A stretch of 64,000 bases of DNA. Origin: a virus. Its lineage: Duplodnaviria > Heunggongvirae > Uroviricota > Caudoviricetes. The position numbers and the translations under genes are program-made. The notes beneath the pieces are model-generated. The model did not search any database and was not told where the DNA came from. It worked only from the letters and a program-made list of their open reading frames with translations. Where the stretch lies: positions 15,243 through 79,242 of IMG/VR virus record IMGVR_UViG_3300027808_002177; one strand, given 5' to 3'. Below are positions 34,576-43,527 of this stretch, in pieces. Position 1 is the first letter of the stretch. Every line of letters begins with the position of its first letter.

Positions 34576-35050
34576 ACGTACCGCTTGGTACCTTCATAAT
34601 AGTAACCTGAGAACTATCGGTTAGATTCTGGATAGTGATTACAATCATACCAGTGTCTGCACCTACGCCAAGTTTCCAAGTAATGTTATTGCCAGCAATA
34701 TCAGGAATCTCTCCGCACACTGCGCCAGCAGTTGCACTGGTGCAAGCTGGAGTACCAGCTGTTCCAAATAAGCTATCAGTTAATTGTTTTGCTAATTGCG
34801 AGTATATGCGGGCTTGTAGATTGGCAACGAACTGTGCCTGTGGATTTGTAGCAGCATCACGCTCGGCCTGCGCCTTCAATGAATCTGCTACATTTTTGTT
34901 ATTTTGCTTGCCTTGGTCTTCTAACTGTTTAATAGTTAATATGTGAGTACTGTAACCAATTCCGGAAAACGACGGGCTATTGAATCCATGTTGCAACTCG
35001 GCAGCATAGCCACAAATTGGGATTAATAGTAGTAATAGAAGTTTTTTCAT
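34565..35050 (-). CDS. csgF: curli assembly protein CsgF-like
   Basis: Signal peptide. Mature N-terminus AELQHGFNSPSFSGIGYSTH resembles CsgF GTMTFQFRNPNFGG. Lies immediately upstream of csgG and overlaps it by 11 nt. Confidence 0.7.
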   Translation of the reverse strand: MKKLLLLLLIPICGYAAELQHGFNSPSFSGIGYSTHILTIKQLEDQGKQNNKNVADSLKAQAERDAATNPQAQFVANLQARIYSQLAKQLTDSLFGTAGTPACTSATAGAVCGEIPDIAGNNITWKLGVGADTGMIVITIQNLTDSSQVTIMKVPSGTFAF

Positions 35051-35113
35051 GAATGTCCATATACAAAAGTAGAGTCATACTCAACTACTATTTATGGAAT
35101 TCACTGATTTTGG

Positions 35114-36637
35114 TTACTTCAACTCTCGATTGGTGCTAGTAACAGTCATTGCAGACTTGTCCTTAGGCACAATTTTCTTAGGCTGCGGTACTGCAACAGT
35201 AGCATCACCGTCATCTGCTATATCGGCTTCTTTGGCACCATTCTTGAGAATCTTGAAGGTAAAGTTGCCCTTACCCTGCGTACTCATATATGCTTTACTA
35301 GCATCAAGTAAAACGCCTGTAACAGTTTCGCTTGGGTATACCGCATTGAAGTTGTCAATGCTGATTGTGTCCTTGGTTTCGGATGTATTTGTGTACATCT
35401 GCACCAATGCACTGTGGTTTAAAATGTCAGACGCAGCATTGCCAAAGTTTGTATTGGCATTAACGTGAGCAGCAACTTTATAAGCAATAGCACTGATCAT
35501 GTGTTCCATTGGAATAATAACACGCATATCACGTGCCTTGCGTCCATTGTACAATGTTTCTAATGCAGTGTGGCCGGCCCAATCAATTTGATCATCGGGA
35601 CCATACTTCTTTAATGTCATTGCAAATGTAGCATCATCGGGACTGATCATTTTGTAGTCTACTGCTAGTTTTAACGGAGCACCAAAGTGGCCTTTAGCAT
35701 CAATGTCCTTTAGAATCTCAACGACTACTTTGTGCTTTTCAAGCAATACTGCGCCTTTGGGAGCAACCTTTAATTCGTTAATACTCTTTAGCAAGTTAAC
35801 AACACTTGCACTTGCACCGCTTGCACCCTTGCTTGACAACTTAATTTGCTTACCTTCGGGGCTAACCAACAAGCTGTCATATAAGCCACCTGTTACGCTA
35901 TTATTGAAACTGATAGTGCTACCTTTGTAGCCCCCGCTGCCAAAGAAGATGTCAGCAGCTTCCCCGGCATTACCTTTGATTGGCTTGTCCATTAGCAATG
36001 CCATTGGCTGTAGCATTTCGCAGAAGTAGTCGCGAAACGCTGTCATGTTTATGTTTCCCTTGGGGAATGTAATAGGAAATTTGCTGGCTTTTAAAAATGC
36101 GTTCAAAGCAACAACTTCATCGCTTCCTTGGCCAAACTTGGTAATAATTTGTCTAGAGATAGAATCAACTGTGTTGTCTTTGAACTGTGTTAATACTTCG
36201 CTGGGCTTATAGCCTGTATTTTCTTTTTGTCCTGCTTTGCTTTGGTACTTAAAGCCGCCGGGAATGTCTTTATGTTGCCAATCGTTTTGTACACGATTAG
36301 GACTGATTGTTCTGTAATAGCGTCCTAGGTAATACGCTTTCTTGTTCTCGTCAGTGAATGTAGCAATGGCAAAGGCCAACATACCAGAATTGGTATTGTT
36401 GCTCCAATGAATATTTTTACCCTTACCTTGTGCAGCAATCTCTGCTTGCATTTCTTCAGCAGAAGCAAATTGGCCGCGCTCCGGAAAGAAGTCCAAACTT
36501 TGGAATGTAATTACATCGCCTTGCGGATTCTTAAATTGCTCACCAGGAACTCGAGCCGCTAAACCACGACCCTCAATTAACACTTCAATTCTAGTTTCAA
36601 ATATATGACGTAATAACATTTTAAATCTCAACTCCAT
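35114..36637 (-). CDS. hypothetical protein (507 aa)
   Basis: Long ORF with no recognised motif. Confidence 0.5.
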   Translation of the reverse strand: MELRFKMLLRHIFETRIEVLIEGRGLAARVPGEQFKNPQGDVITFQSLDFFPERGQFASAEEMQAEIAAQGKGKNIHWSNNTNSGMLAFAIATFTDENKKAYYLGRYYRTISPNRVQNDWQHKDIPGGFKYQSKAGQKENTGYKPSEVLTQFKDNTVDSISRQIITKFGQGSDEVVALNAFLKASKFPITFPKGNINMTAFRDYFCEMLQPMALLMDKPIKGNAGEAADIFFGSGGYKGSTISFNNSVTGGLYDSLLVSPEGKQIKLSSKGASGASASVVNLLKSINELKVAPKGAVLLEKHKVVVEILKDIDAKGHFGAPLKLAVDYKMISPDDATFAMTLKKYGPDDQIDWAGHTALETLYNGRKARDMRVIIPMEHMISAIAYKVAAHVNANTNFGNAASDILNHSALVQMYTNTSETKDTISIDNFNAVYPSETVTGVLLDASKAYMSTQGKGNFTFKILKNGAKEADIADDGDATVAVPQPKKIVPKDKSAMTVTSTNRELK

Positions 36638-37436
36638 CGCGACCTAGTGTTTCTCTGGCATCTGCTAACAACGCTTCGCGTTCGGGATTATTTTCTAGTG
36701 CTGCAAGTACAGCTTCTACACTGGTTAAACTGGTACGATCCGCACCTGCTCCAAACAATAACTTGGCAATATGATCTGGATCGTCACCGTTGTCAACTAA
36801 CTTCTTAGTCGCACGATCAATTAAGCCAGTAGTTGGATTCCAAGTGAAGCCTAGTACTTTAGCAATGCTACTTAGTAGAATTTGTTTGTGGGCGCCGCGG
36901 TACTTGCTGTGCGGATCAGCAGCCATTGCAAACTTTGCAAACTCCAAATTGGGCACAAACATAAAGTCAGTTTGTACATAACCACGTTCAGGACTGCCAC
37001 CAATTGGTGTTTTAAAATGTACACTGATGCCAGACTTTCGAATGAATGCTTTTGAATCTTCACCGTGTTGTGATGTCCATTGGCTTAGCTTGGCAACCAA
37101 TTCTTCTTTGGTAACGCCTGCTGGCATACCAATATCCAAGTCGCCGCTTGTGGGAGTCTTGCCAGTAGTACCTAGCGCATGTTCAAAATGCGGGATTCCT
37201 GTAATCTTTTCAAGAAAGCGGATAGTTGGTTCTACATCAGCTTGATTGATGCGCTGTGTTAGTTCTTCGCCTTCTGCACTCTTGAAAACATTACCGCCTT
37301 CGACGATAATGGTATTGTCACCATGATAAAACTCCACGACTGTATTTGTTTCCGTATTGACACGGGCCCAACGTCCGTTTACTTGACGCAGGGATTCATA
37401 TACAGTGACTCGTGGAGTGATATCGGTTAAAAACAT
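36621..37436 (-). CDS. hypothetical protein (271 aa)
   Basis: Long ORF overlapping the downstream gene by 17 nt. Confidence 0.5.
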   Translation of the reverse strand: MFLTDITPRVTVYESLRQVNGRWARVNTETNTVVEFYHGDNTIIVEGGNVFKSAEGEELTQRINQADVEPTIRFLEKITGIPHFEHALGTTGKTPTSGDLDIGMPAGVTKEELVAKLSQWTSQHGEDSKAFIRKSGISVHFKTPIGGSPERGYVQTDFMFVPNLEFAKFAMAADPHSKYRGAHKQILLSSIAKVLGFTWNPTTGLIDRATKKLVDNGDDPDHIAKLLFGAGADRTSLTSVEAVLAALENNPEREALLADARETLGRDGVEI

Positions 37437-37438
37437 TA

Positions 37439-37630
37439 TTATGCCTTAGGAGCCTTCTTAGCACGTGGTGCTTTAGGAGCAGCCGGCTTTTTGGCACGTG
37501 GCTTCTTTTCAACTACAACTGGCGCAACTTCAGTAACTGTTTCGGCTACAACTTGCACTTCGACTTTATACGGAGCCTCGACTGCTGGTGTAGTACCAAA
37601 CCCAAATAGCTTCTTTAAAAATGATAACAT
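37439..37630 (-). CDS. small basic Lys/Ala/Pro-rich protein (histone H1/AlgP-like tail; putative DNA-binding)
   Basis: C-terminal KKPRAKKPAAPKAPRAKKAPKA repeats. 63 aa. Confidence 0.5.
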   Translation of the reverse strand: MLSFLKKLFGFGTTPAVEAPYKVEVQVVAETVTEVAPVVVEKKPRAKKPAAPKAPRAKKAPKA

Positions 37631-37721
37631 TTCTTTTCCTTTATTGATGGCTCAGAATCATCTAAAACCGTGTATTATATTTAGTTTTTTTGCTGAACTT
37701 GTAGCAGTTCAAAACGACCGC

Positions 37722-38933
37722 CTATCGCATTGCAACTTGCATGTAATCAGCAAAGTTATCTTTGCGCTGTTCTAAACCACGCATACCCGGGTTGACTTGT
37801 TTTGTAACACTAGTAGTATCTTTAAAGTTATCTACGTTTGGTTGTACACGATGCTTCCAAAACCAAACAGCAATTTTAGCCGCTGTAGCAGGATCTTCTG
37901 CTAACTCGGGATGCTTTTCCAATGGTAAGCCTAATTCTTCGCCAGCTTGCTTGTAATTCCAACGTCCTGTGATTTGAATAAATCCACGACCTTTATACTT
38001 TGCGCCGTCCCCGACTTGTTTATTACCCAGTGCTTTGGCCTTCTTTGGGGCGTATTTTGGATCATATTTGCGGAAGTCTAAGCTACCGCCAAATTCTGTT
38101 AGACGTTTAAAGTCTAGTGTTTCGTGAGCGCATTGCGCCATAAATGCAGCAAGCTCGGAACCTTGGAGTCCAGATGCTTTGGCAACTTTTAATAGTACCC
38201 CTTCGAGCGGATTGCTAGTAATTGTCTTGACATCAATTTTCTTTGGTTCTGCTTTTAATGCGGCCGGAGCCGCCGGGCTTGCTTTAGCTTGTGCAAACGT
38301 TTTTGGTGCTTCTGCTTTTTTAACTGCTGGCGCCTGTGCTACTACAGCAGTTGGCTCTTTGAAGTAATCCTGTGCCGACTGCTTGGCCATCATGCCACCC
38401 ATGCCGCCTGCGGCAATGCCACCTGCAATGGCTAAGTTAGCAACTGTATCTTTCCAGCCTTCTTCTAAGCCTTCCTCAAATAGTGGCCCAGCAACAATGT
38501 TGGTTGCTTTTTCAGCTTGTAGTCCACGTACCAATGCCGCACGAAATTCAGGAGTAATGTCACGGGCACGATAGCCACCGCGAGGGAAAATGTGTACTTC
38601 AATAGGAGCATCGCCTTCTAGCTTTTTAACGGCTGTCATACGATTGCGACCTTCGTGCCCTGCAACTTGTGCAGTCTTGGAATAGTCGCCGTCATCCCAT
38701 TCCTGCGGGATTTTAATTTCTAAGAATGGAGCACCAATGGCACCACCGTCGGCAATGTATTTTTCTAGTTCAGCACTGTGCTCTTGTCCAAGCGGAGCAG
38801 CCAGTCGTAGGAATGTGCTGGGCTTCATCATAACACGCAGACCAAAGTAGTCTACATCTTGGTTATAAGGAACTGCTCCAGCACCTTGTTGGTTGTCAAT
38901 TTTGACTTCAGATAATAGTTCACGTAAACGCAT
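37722..38933 (-). CDS. putative virion-associated lysin: N-terminal leader MRLRELL + unknown domain + Ala/Pro-rich linker + C-terminal GH19 lysozyme/chitinase domain
   Basis: The C-terminal FMAQCAHETLDF ... YKGRGFIQITGRWNY is a second GH19 catalytic domain. The linker reads AVVAQAPAVKKAEAPK... Confidence 0.75.
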   Translation of the reverse strand: MRLRELLSEVKIDNQQGAGAVPYNQDVDYFGLRVMMKPSTFLRLAAPLGQEHSAELEKYIADGGAIGAPFLEIKIPQEWDDGDYSKTAQVAGHEGRNRMTAVKKLEGDAPIEVHIFPRGGYRARDITPEFRAALVRGLQAEKATNIVAGPLFEEGLEEGWKDTVANLAIAGGIAAGGMGGMMAKQSAQDYFKEPTAVVAQAPAVKKAEAPKTFAQAKASPAAPAALKAEPKKIDVKTITSNPLEGVLLKVAKASGLQGSELAAFMAQCAHETLDFKRLTEFGGSLDFRKYDPKYAPKKAKALGNKQVGDGAKYKGRGFIQITGRWNYKQAGEELGLPLEKHPELAEDPATAAKIAVWFWKHRVQPNVDNFKDTTSVTKQVNPGMRGLEQRKDNFADYMQVAMR

Positions 38934-38969
38934 CAGATATTTACCTGATACGGTAACTACGTCCTTGGC

Positions 38970-39170
38970 TTACTTTCCGTTGATGGATTTCATCTTCTCA
39001 CGCTTTTCGTGGGAGTCCCTACAATCTACGCAACAGAACGTGAACTCTGTTGGTTCTTCACACTCGAGGCAAAAGCCAGTGCGAATTGGTACAAACTCTT
39101 TTGCTAATGCTCTGCGCATTTCTTCTTGCGCTTCCATTGCTTCTTGTGCGTCGTCAATAATATCTGCCAT
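38970..39170 (-). CDS. C4 zinc-ribbon protein (TraR/DksA-like)
   Basis: CLEC ... CCVDC four-Cys cluster, acidic N-terminus, 66 aa. Confidence 0.45.
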   Translation of the reverse strand: MADIIDDAQEAMEAQEEMRRALAKEFVPIRTGFCLECEEPTEFTFCCVDCRDSHEKREKMKSINGK

Positions 39171-39202
39171 GTGGTTTCCTTAAAACTATATGTAATTATG
39201 AG

Positions 39203-39454
39203 TTATGTTTTGATTTCAATGATATCGTATTCTTTTTCGTCGAAAAAAGTAACTGAGTATTCTAGTTCGCCGTACTGGTAGTGCTCAGTGATAAATCGTT
39301 GATTGTTAGTTGAGTGTGTGGGAGTAAGAAGAGTCAAGATAAGCATCATCTCTTCTTTCTCTCGTCCTTCTAAAGTGCGTTCATTGGGACGAATAATGCC
39401 TGCTCTTACTAAAAAATCATACGCTTCTTCTTTAGTTTTGGCCTTAAAGTCCAT
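39203..39454 (-). CDS. hypothetical protein (83 aa)
   Basis: ORF in the co-oriented block. Confidence 0.4.
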   Translation of the reverse strand: MDFKAKTKEEAYDFLVRAGIIRPNERTLEGREKEEMMLILTLLTPTHSTNNQRFITEHYQYGELEYSVTFFDEKEYDIIEIKT

Positions 39455-39710
39455 TGGTCAGTACCCACATAAACACATCGGGCCCGTCTAAGATAACCAT
39501 ATCGCTTGCATACTTTAGTCGGGTGCTTCGATACTTTGAGCCAACTTTTTCAACCTCAACCATCTTGGGAGTAAAACGTTTTACTTGAGCAATATAAAGT
39601 CCATTGTCGCTTACTGCAACATACTGACCTTCTTTGAACTCGCGCCCCATTAAGTCATGATGCAGTTCTGTGGGCTTTACACTTTTGATAGGCTTCTTGA
39701 CTATAGTCAT
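39444..39710 (-). CDS. hypothetical protein (88 aa)
   Basis: ORF overlapping its neighbours. Confidence 0.4.
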   Translation of the reverse strand: MTIVKKPIKSVKPTELHHDLMGREFKEGQYVAVSDNGLYIAQVKRFTPKMVEVEKVGSKYRSTRLKYASDMVILDGPDVFMWVLTNGL

Positions 39711-39970
39711 TGCATACCTCCGGGCACACTTGCTCGTTCACAACGAACACCCTTGCCAAACTCATCTAAGATTTGGCGGGAATTACCTTTTTGATCAATG
39801 ATGAACTTGTAACCTTCAATGCATCTGCTTTCAGTCATGCCATTGACCCCATAGCTAATATTATTAGTGCTGGATGTACCGACTATTGCTGGAATAGCAA
39901 TCATGATTACAATTGCAACCATTACACATACAACCATCACTTCAATAAGGGTAAATCCGCGCTGTTTCAT
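39707..39970 (-). CDS. type IV pilin / pseudopilin-like protein (prepilin-type N-terminal methylation motif)
   Basis: MKQRGFTLIEVMVVCVMVAIVIMIAIPAI is a class III signal: G|F cleavage site, Glu at +5 and a hydrophobic helix. Start placed at the internal ATG 39970. Confidence 0.65.
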   Translation of the reverse strand: MKQRGFTLIEVMVVCVMVAIVIMIAIPAIVGTSSTNNISYGVNGMTESRCIEGYKFIIDQKGNSRQILDEFGKGVRCERASVPGGMQ

Positions 39971-40124
39971 AATCAGATTTGCTTTCCAAATAAACAATAA
40001 ATCTCAAACCATTTAGCAGGAGGGTTCTCAAGGAAGTAAGGATTAACACGAAATGTTATTTCCCAGTCCCTCGAGAACTGAAAATGGCGCACACCGAATC
40101 TGATGTTGAACCAAAGATTGCTCA

Positions 40125-40919
40125 TTACTTGGGCATCATCAATGCGTTGAAGTTAGAGGGCACAACAATGGTTTGAACCTTGCCGTTCTTGATACCTTCA
40201 CTAACGTTCAACATGGCCTGGGCTTGCATGAATGCAATACTTGCACCTGAGTTGTTGGCCAGTGCTGCCATTCGACGCGATTCAGCTTCAGCAGTCTTAA
40301 CTTCAACTTCTTTCTGCTTGAGTTCGTTTTTACTACGAACCAATGCGTTGGCACTTTCGACTACTGTGTCGCTAGGCACAACATTACGAATCATAACTTG
40401 GCTGATTGTAATTGCACCGTCCAACTTTTCTTCAGTCATGTTTCGCACAATTTCTTCTTGAATGAACTTTTCCATGTCATTACGCTTGTCTGCCATGTCC
40501 AAGGCTTCGTACTTACGGGCGGCTTTGTAGATAGCGTTACGAGCATTTTGAACAATGTAGTTGTACATCACATAAGTGTCGCCTTTGAACTCGGCGTGGA
40601 AGCTCTTGTTCTTGGTGCTGTACAGTTCGGCCACTTGTGCAGGATTGATGTTGTAAACAACCACAGCATCAAAGTCTTTCATTGTGCTGTTGTCAGCAGC
40701 CACCGGAGTCATATTGTCCAAGGTCACGTTAACGTCCTTGATTGGGAATGTAAGGATGCTGCCAACAATACTTTGGTTGAAAGAACCAGGCAGCAATTCG
40801 CCGCTTTGGACCTGTTTGTCAAAGCCGACTCGGACTCCAACTTCACCAGTTTCAATACGAGTACAACCAGTAGCAAGAACTGCCGCAGCCAAAATAGAGA
40901 GAGTCAAAATACGTTTCAT
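40125..40919 (-). CDS. SPFH/Band-7 (HflC/stomatin-like) domain lipoprotein
   Basis: Lipobox LATGC. GEVGVRVGFDKQVQSGELLPG ... follows the SPFH pattern. C-terminal coiled coil. AAGGTG SD upstream. Confidence 0.75.
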   Translation of the reverse strand: MKRILTLSILAAAVLATGCTRIETGEVGVRVGFDKQVQSGELLPGSFNQSIVGSILTFPIKDVNVTLDNMTPVAADNSTMKDFDAVVVYNINPAQVAELYSTKNKSFHAEFKGDTYVMYNYIVQNARNAIYKAARKYEALDMADKRNDMEKFIQEEIVRNMTEEKLDGAITISQVMIRNVVPSDTVVESANALVRSKNELKQKEVEVKTAEAESRRMAALANNSGASIAFMQAQAMLNVSEGIKNGKVQTIVVPSNFNALMMPK

Positions 40920-40925
40920 GATACA

Positions 40926-41105
40926 CCTTTAAAAAAGAATTACAATAAGAACCAAAAATGCTGTTGTTAGCAGTGAACATAGTATAGCATAAGATGCTAG
41001 CTTTGTCAATGCCCAAGCCTCGCTTCCGGACAAACTTCTAAGAAATTTTATGCCAAAAAAGAACAAGGCAAAAAGGACCAACCAAAAGAAAATTATTCGT
41101 ATCAT
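40926..41105 (-). CDS. small hydrophobic membrane protein (59 aa, 2 TM; below the ORF-track cutoff)
   Basis: Minus-strand ORF MIRIIFFWLVLFALFFFGIKF...LVLIVILF. Its start overlaps the upstream stop (AATGA). It ends 7 nt before the SPFH start. Confidence 0.35.
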
Positions 41106-41395
41106 TGTTCAATTCCCACAGCATTTTTAATTTCGTAACGAGCAATCTTTTCATCAAAGTACATGTGAACGCCTTCATTGTAAGGACTTGCTACTACAAT
41201 CTCACCTAGCTCTACTGCAAGAGCTTGAGTAAATTTAAGCAGAATAGACTGGGTGTCTTCCATCTGATCCATTGGATCTCGATCCAAGATTGTTTGGTAA
41301 TCGTTGATAAGTTTTTGTATGTTCTGATTCATCATATCACATGCTCCAGTAAGATTCGGAAGCTGGGTTGCAACTCCAAGGAGTGTCACGATCAA
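41102..41395 (-). CDS. hypothetical protein (97 aa)
   Basis: ORF. Confidence 0.4.
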   Translation of the reverse strand: MIVTLLGVATQLPNLTGACDMMNQNIQKLINDYQTILDRDPMDQMEDTQSILLKFTQALAVELGEIVVASPYNEGVHMYFDEKIARYEIKNAVGIEQ

Positions 41396-41624
41396 TTTGA
41401 ATGTCTTTGCCAGTCATCAAATTCTTTACAGTTTTCATTGTAGGGAAGAATTCGATGCGGAAGCCTTTGCTAACGGGCCACAGTTCGTATTGCAGTTCGC
41501 GAACTTCACGCTTCATTTCAGCCGCATCACGATTGCGCCAAACAGTAGTGCTAACAAGTCGCTCGCCTGCTTTGGTGCGCTTGTCTGCTTTATAAATGTA
41601 CACAGTATGATCTTGTTTGCTCAT
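41337..41624 (-). CDS. hypothetical protein (95 aa)
   Basis: ORF. Confidence 0.4.
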   Translation of the reverse strand: MSKQDHTVYIYKADKRTKAGERLVSTTVWRNRDAAEMKREVRELQYELWPVSKGFRIEFFPTMKTVKNLMTGKDIQIDRDTPWSCNPASESYWSM

Positions 41625-41754
41625 TTAAACTCCTGTTTGTTGCTGTCTATGTGTTTATTATAGCGCATCTGGACCAGGACGTCAACCTTTTTCTGGCAAA
41701 AATCTTCAAAAAAGTGGTAAAAAAGTGTTGTATTTTTACAACAAAAAGGTAATA

Positions 41755-42429
41755 CTAAATGCTACTTTTTAAAAGTATATCAAAGGTCCACATATCCGAG
41801 AAATTTGCGTCTGCATACGCATACGGAACCCACATATGGCCACCTTCGCCCCAGTCGTCACCGAAACTATTTCGTAATAAAAATGCTTGTTGCACATTGT
41901 CATAGCCAACTATGCACATGGCATGACTGCCCATGGACTCTTCAGCAGATGGCGGCAGTTTCAGCGTTGTTGATTGATTGCTTATTCGATTAAATCCAGA
42001 ATAAACAGCAACACCGACCACCACAGGATATTGTTTATCCAGCATGTTGATAATCTGATCGTGTGAAGTTATTTCGTACACATTAGATATTGTGCGACGC
42101 CTAGCATCAAAATAACTTTTCCAGTTGGGTTCTACTCGAAATTTATCAGTGTCGTAAGGCCACAAATCTTCGCGGCACAACCCGTAAATCTTGACTGCTT
42201 CAATTGCAGTTGAAATATAAGCACCAATGTCCTCGTTTATGTCGCCAGAAAGCTTTCGAGCGTTGTAGTACAAAAACAATCTGCTTAGGTCAACTGCTTG
42301 GTCTGGGTAGTGCATCTTAGTCAATAGTTCATACGCACCAACTACTGCTTGTGCAGTGCAACTACCCAGTTGCCATTGTTCTTCAACAGGACTGGCCCAC
42401 TCTCTTAGATCAACTAGCTGTCCCGGCAT
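41755..42429 (-). CDS. papain-like (C1 family) cysteine peptidase
   Basis: QWQLGSCTAQAVVGA (Gln/Cys box), GSHAMCIVGYD (His), NSFGDDWGEGG (Asn/Trp). Confidence 0.8.
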   Translation of the reverse strand: MPGQLVDLREWASPVEEQWQLGSCTAQAVVGAYELLTKMHYPDQAVDLSRLFLYYNARKLSGDINEDIGAYISTAIEAVKIYGLCREDLWPYDTDKFRVEPNWKSYFDARRRTISNVYEITSHDQIINMLDKQYPVVVGVAVYSGFNRISNQSTTLKLPPSAEESMGSHAMCIVGYDNVQQAFLLRNSFGDDWGEGGHMWVPYAYADANFSDMWTFDILLKSSI

Positions 42430-43076
42430 TACGGAGTAAAAAACTCTGGATGATTTTGGATAGCACCAGTTGATATATAATTTGACAACTTTGATCCCGC
42501 AGCCGATAATCGATCCATTGCTGCTGTTTCATTTGCTTTATTCTTGGCAAATTTGGCATTGCCTAAATTTATAAGTTCCTGGAAGAAATCATCAAACAAT
42601 GTTCTTCCAATGTCTCTGTCCCAATAATTATTGTATTGGTTTAGCAACATTCCTGCTGCCCATCCAGAAGTTTTAATTCTATTCAAGGTATCTTTATTAT
42701 CAAATTTTCGAATAGTGTTTCTCCAATAGAACAGAAGTTGTAAGATTGCATTGTTTAACTGTTGGTTGAAACGTTCTTTAAATTCAACATCATAATACTT
42801 TTCAAGCATGTCTCCAAGTCCTTCGTACTCCATTGCTTTTGCTAATGCAGCTTGAAAGTCAAGCGATTCGTCAAATGTTGCGTTTGCCAAATCAATCAGG
42901 GCGTCTTCAGATTTAATGAAGTAATTGTCAACAAATGTTTTAAATTGTCCAGCTGGCATAATTTCAGCAAGTGAGTGACGCATGCTCTTTGGCATACCAA
43001 CGTTGGCTGCAATTCCAACGCCCATTGGGTGGTCGAAGTGCTCTTCGACGATTGTATGTGTAATTTTCTTATACAT
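42429..43076 (-). CDS. hypothetical protein (215 aa)
   Basis: ORF whose stop overlaps the protease start. Confidence 0.5.
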   Translation of the reverse strand: MYKKITHTIVEEHFDHPMGVGIAANVGMPKSMRHSLAEIMPAGQFKTFVDNYFIKSEDALIDLANATFDESLDFQAALAKAMEYEGLGDMLEKYYDVEFKERFNQQLNNAILQLLFYWRNTIRKFDNKDTLNRIKTSGWAAGMLLNQYNNYWDRDIGRTLFDDFFQELINLGNAKFAKNKANETAAMDRLSAAGSKLSNYISTGAIQNHPEFFTP

Positions 43077-43128
43077 TTTATTTTTCCTTATTCATTGACG
43101 TTACATCGTGTTCCGTCATTGTAAATCC

Positions 43129-43527
43129 TTAGATGATTTCCCACTTGGCGCCAGTGTACACCAATGTCAATGCACCGTAGTTGGTGTTGATAGTTGCAGT
43201 GGCAGCATCGTCGATCGTTTCAAGCAAGTTAGGAGTAATAGTAATAGGGTTGACAGCAGCGTCACCTGTGCCATCTTTGAGATAGTATACAGTGCCTGTG
43301 ATACCAGCTGGCAATGCTACTGCAACTGCGCCAGGTACTGTAAGTTGATAACTTACAATAGAGTCGGTTGCTAGTACAGTATCCGGCGATACTAGCGCAA
43401 TACGTACTGGCTCTAATGCAAGTCCGTTTGCAGTGATAGTTACTGAGTTTGCGCCTGTTCCTGTTGTAGGTGATACTGTGATACCTGTTCCTGCAATAAG
43501 AGAGCGGGGGTTATTTGTATATGACAT
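43129..43527 (-). CDS. small Gly/Thr-rich putative virion protein, 'NPITIT' paralog 1
   Basis: C-terminal YYLKDGTGDAAVNPITITPNLLETIDDAATATINTNYGALTLVYTGAKWEII. Confidence 0.5.
   Translation of the reverse strand: MSYTNNPRSLIAGTGITVSPTTGTGANSVTITANGLALEPVRIALVSPDTVLATDSIVSYQLTVPGAVAVALPAGITGTVYYLKDGTGDAAVNPITITPNLLETIDDAATATINTNYGALTLVYTGAKWEII

Noticed and set aside
38179-38574. Ala-rich plus-strand ORFs (AAGAAGLALA...) antisense to the GH19 virion-lysin gene
   Set aside because: They mirror the Ala/Pro-rich linker of the minus-strand gene. Shadow ORFs.
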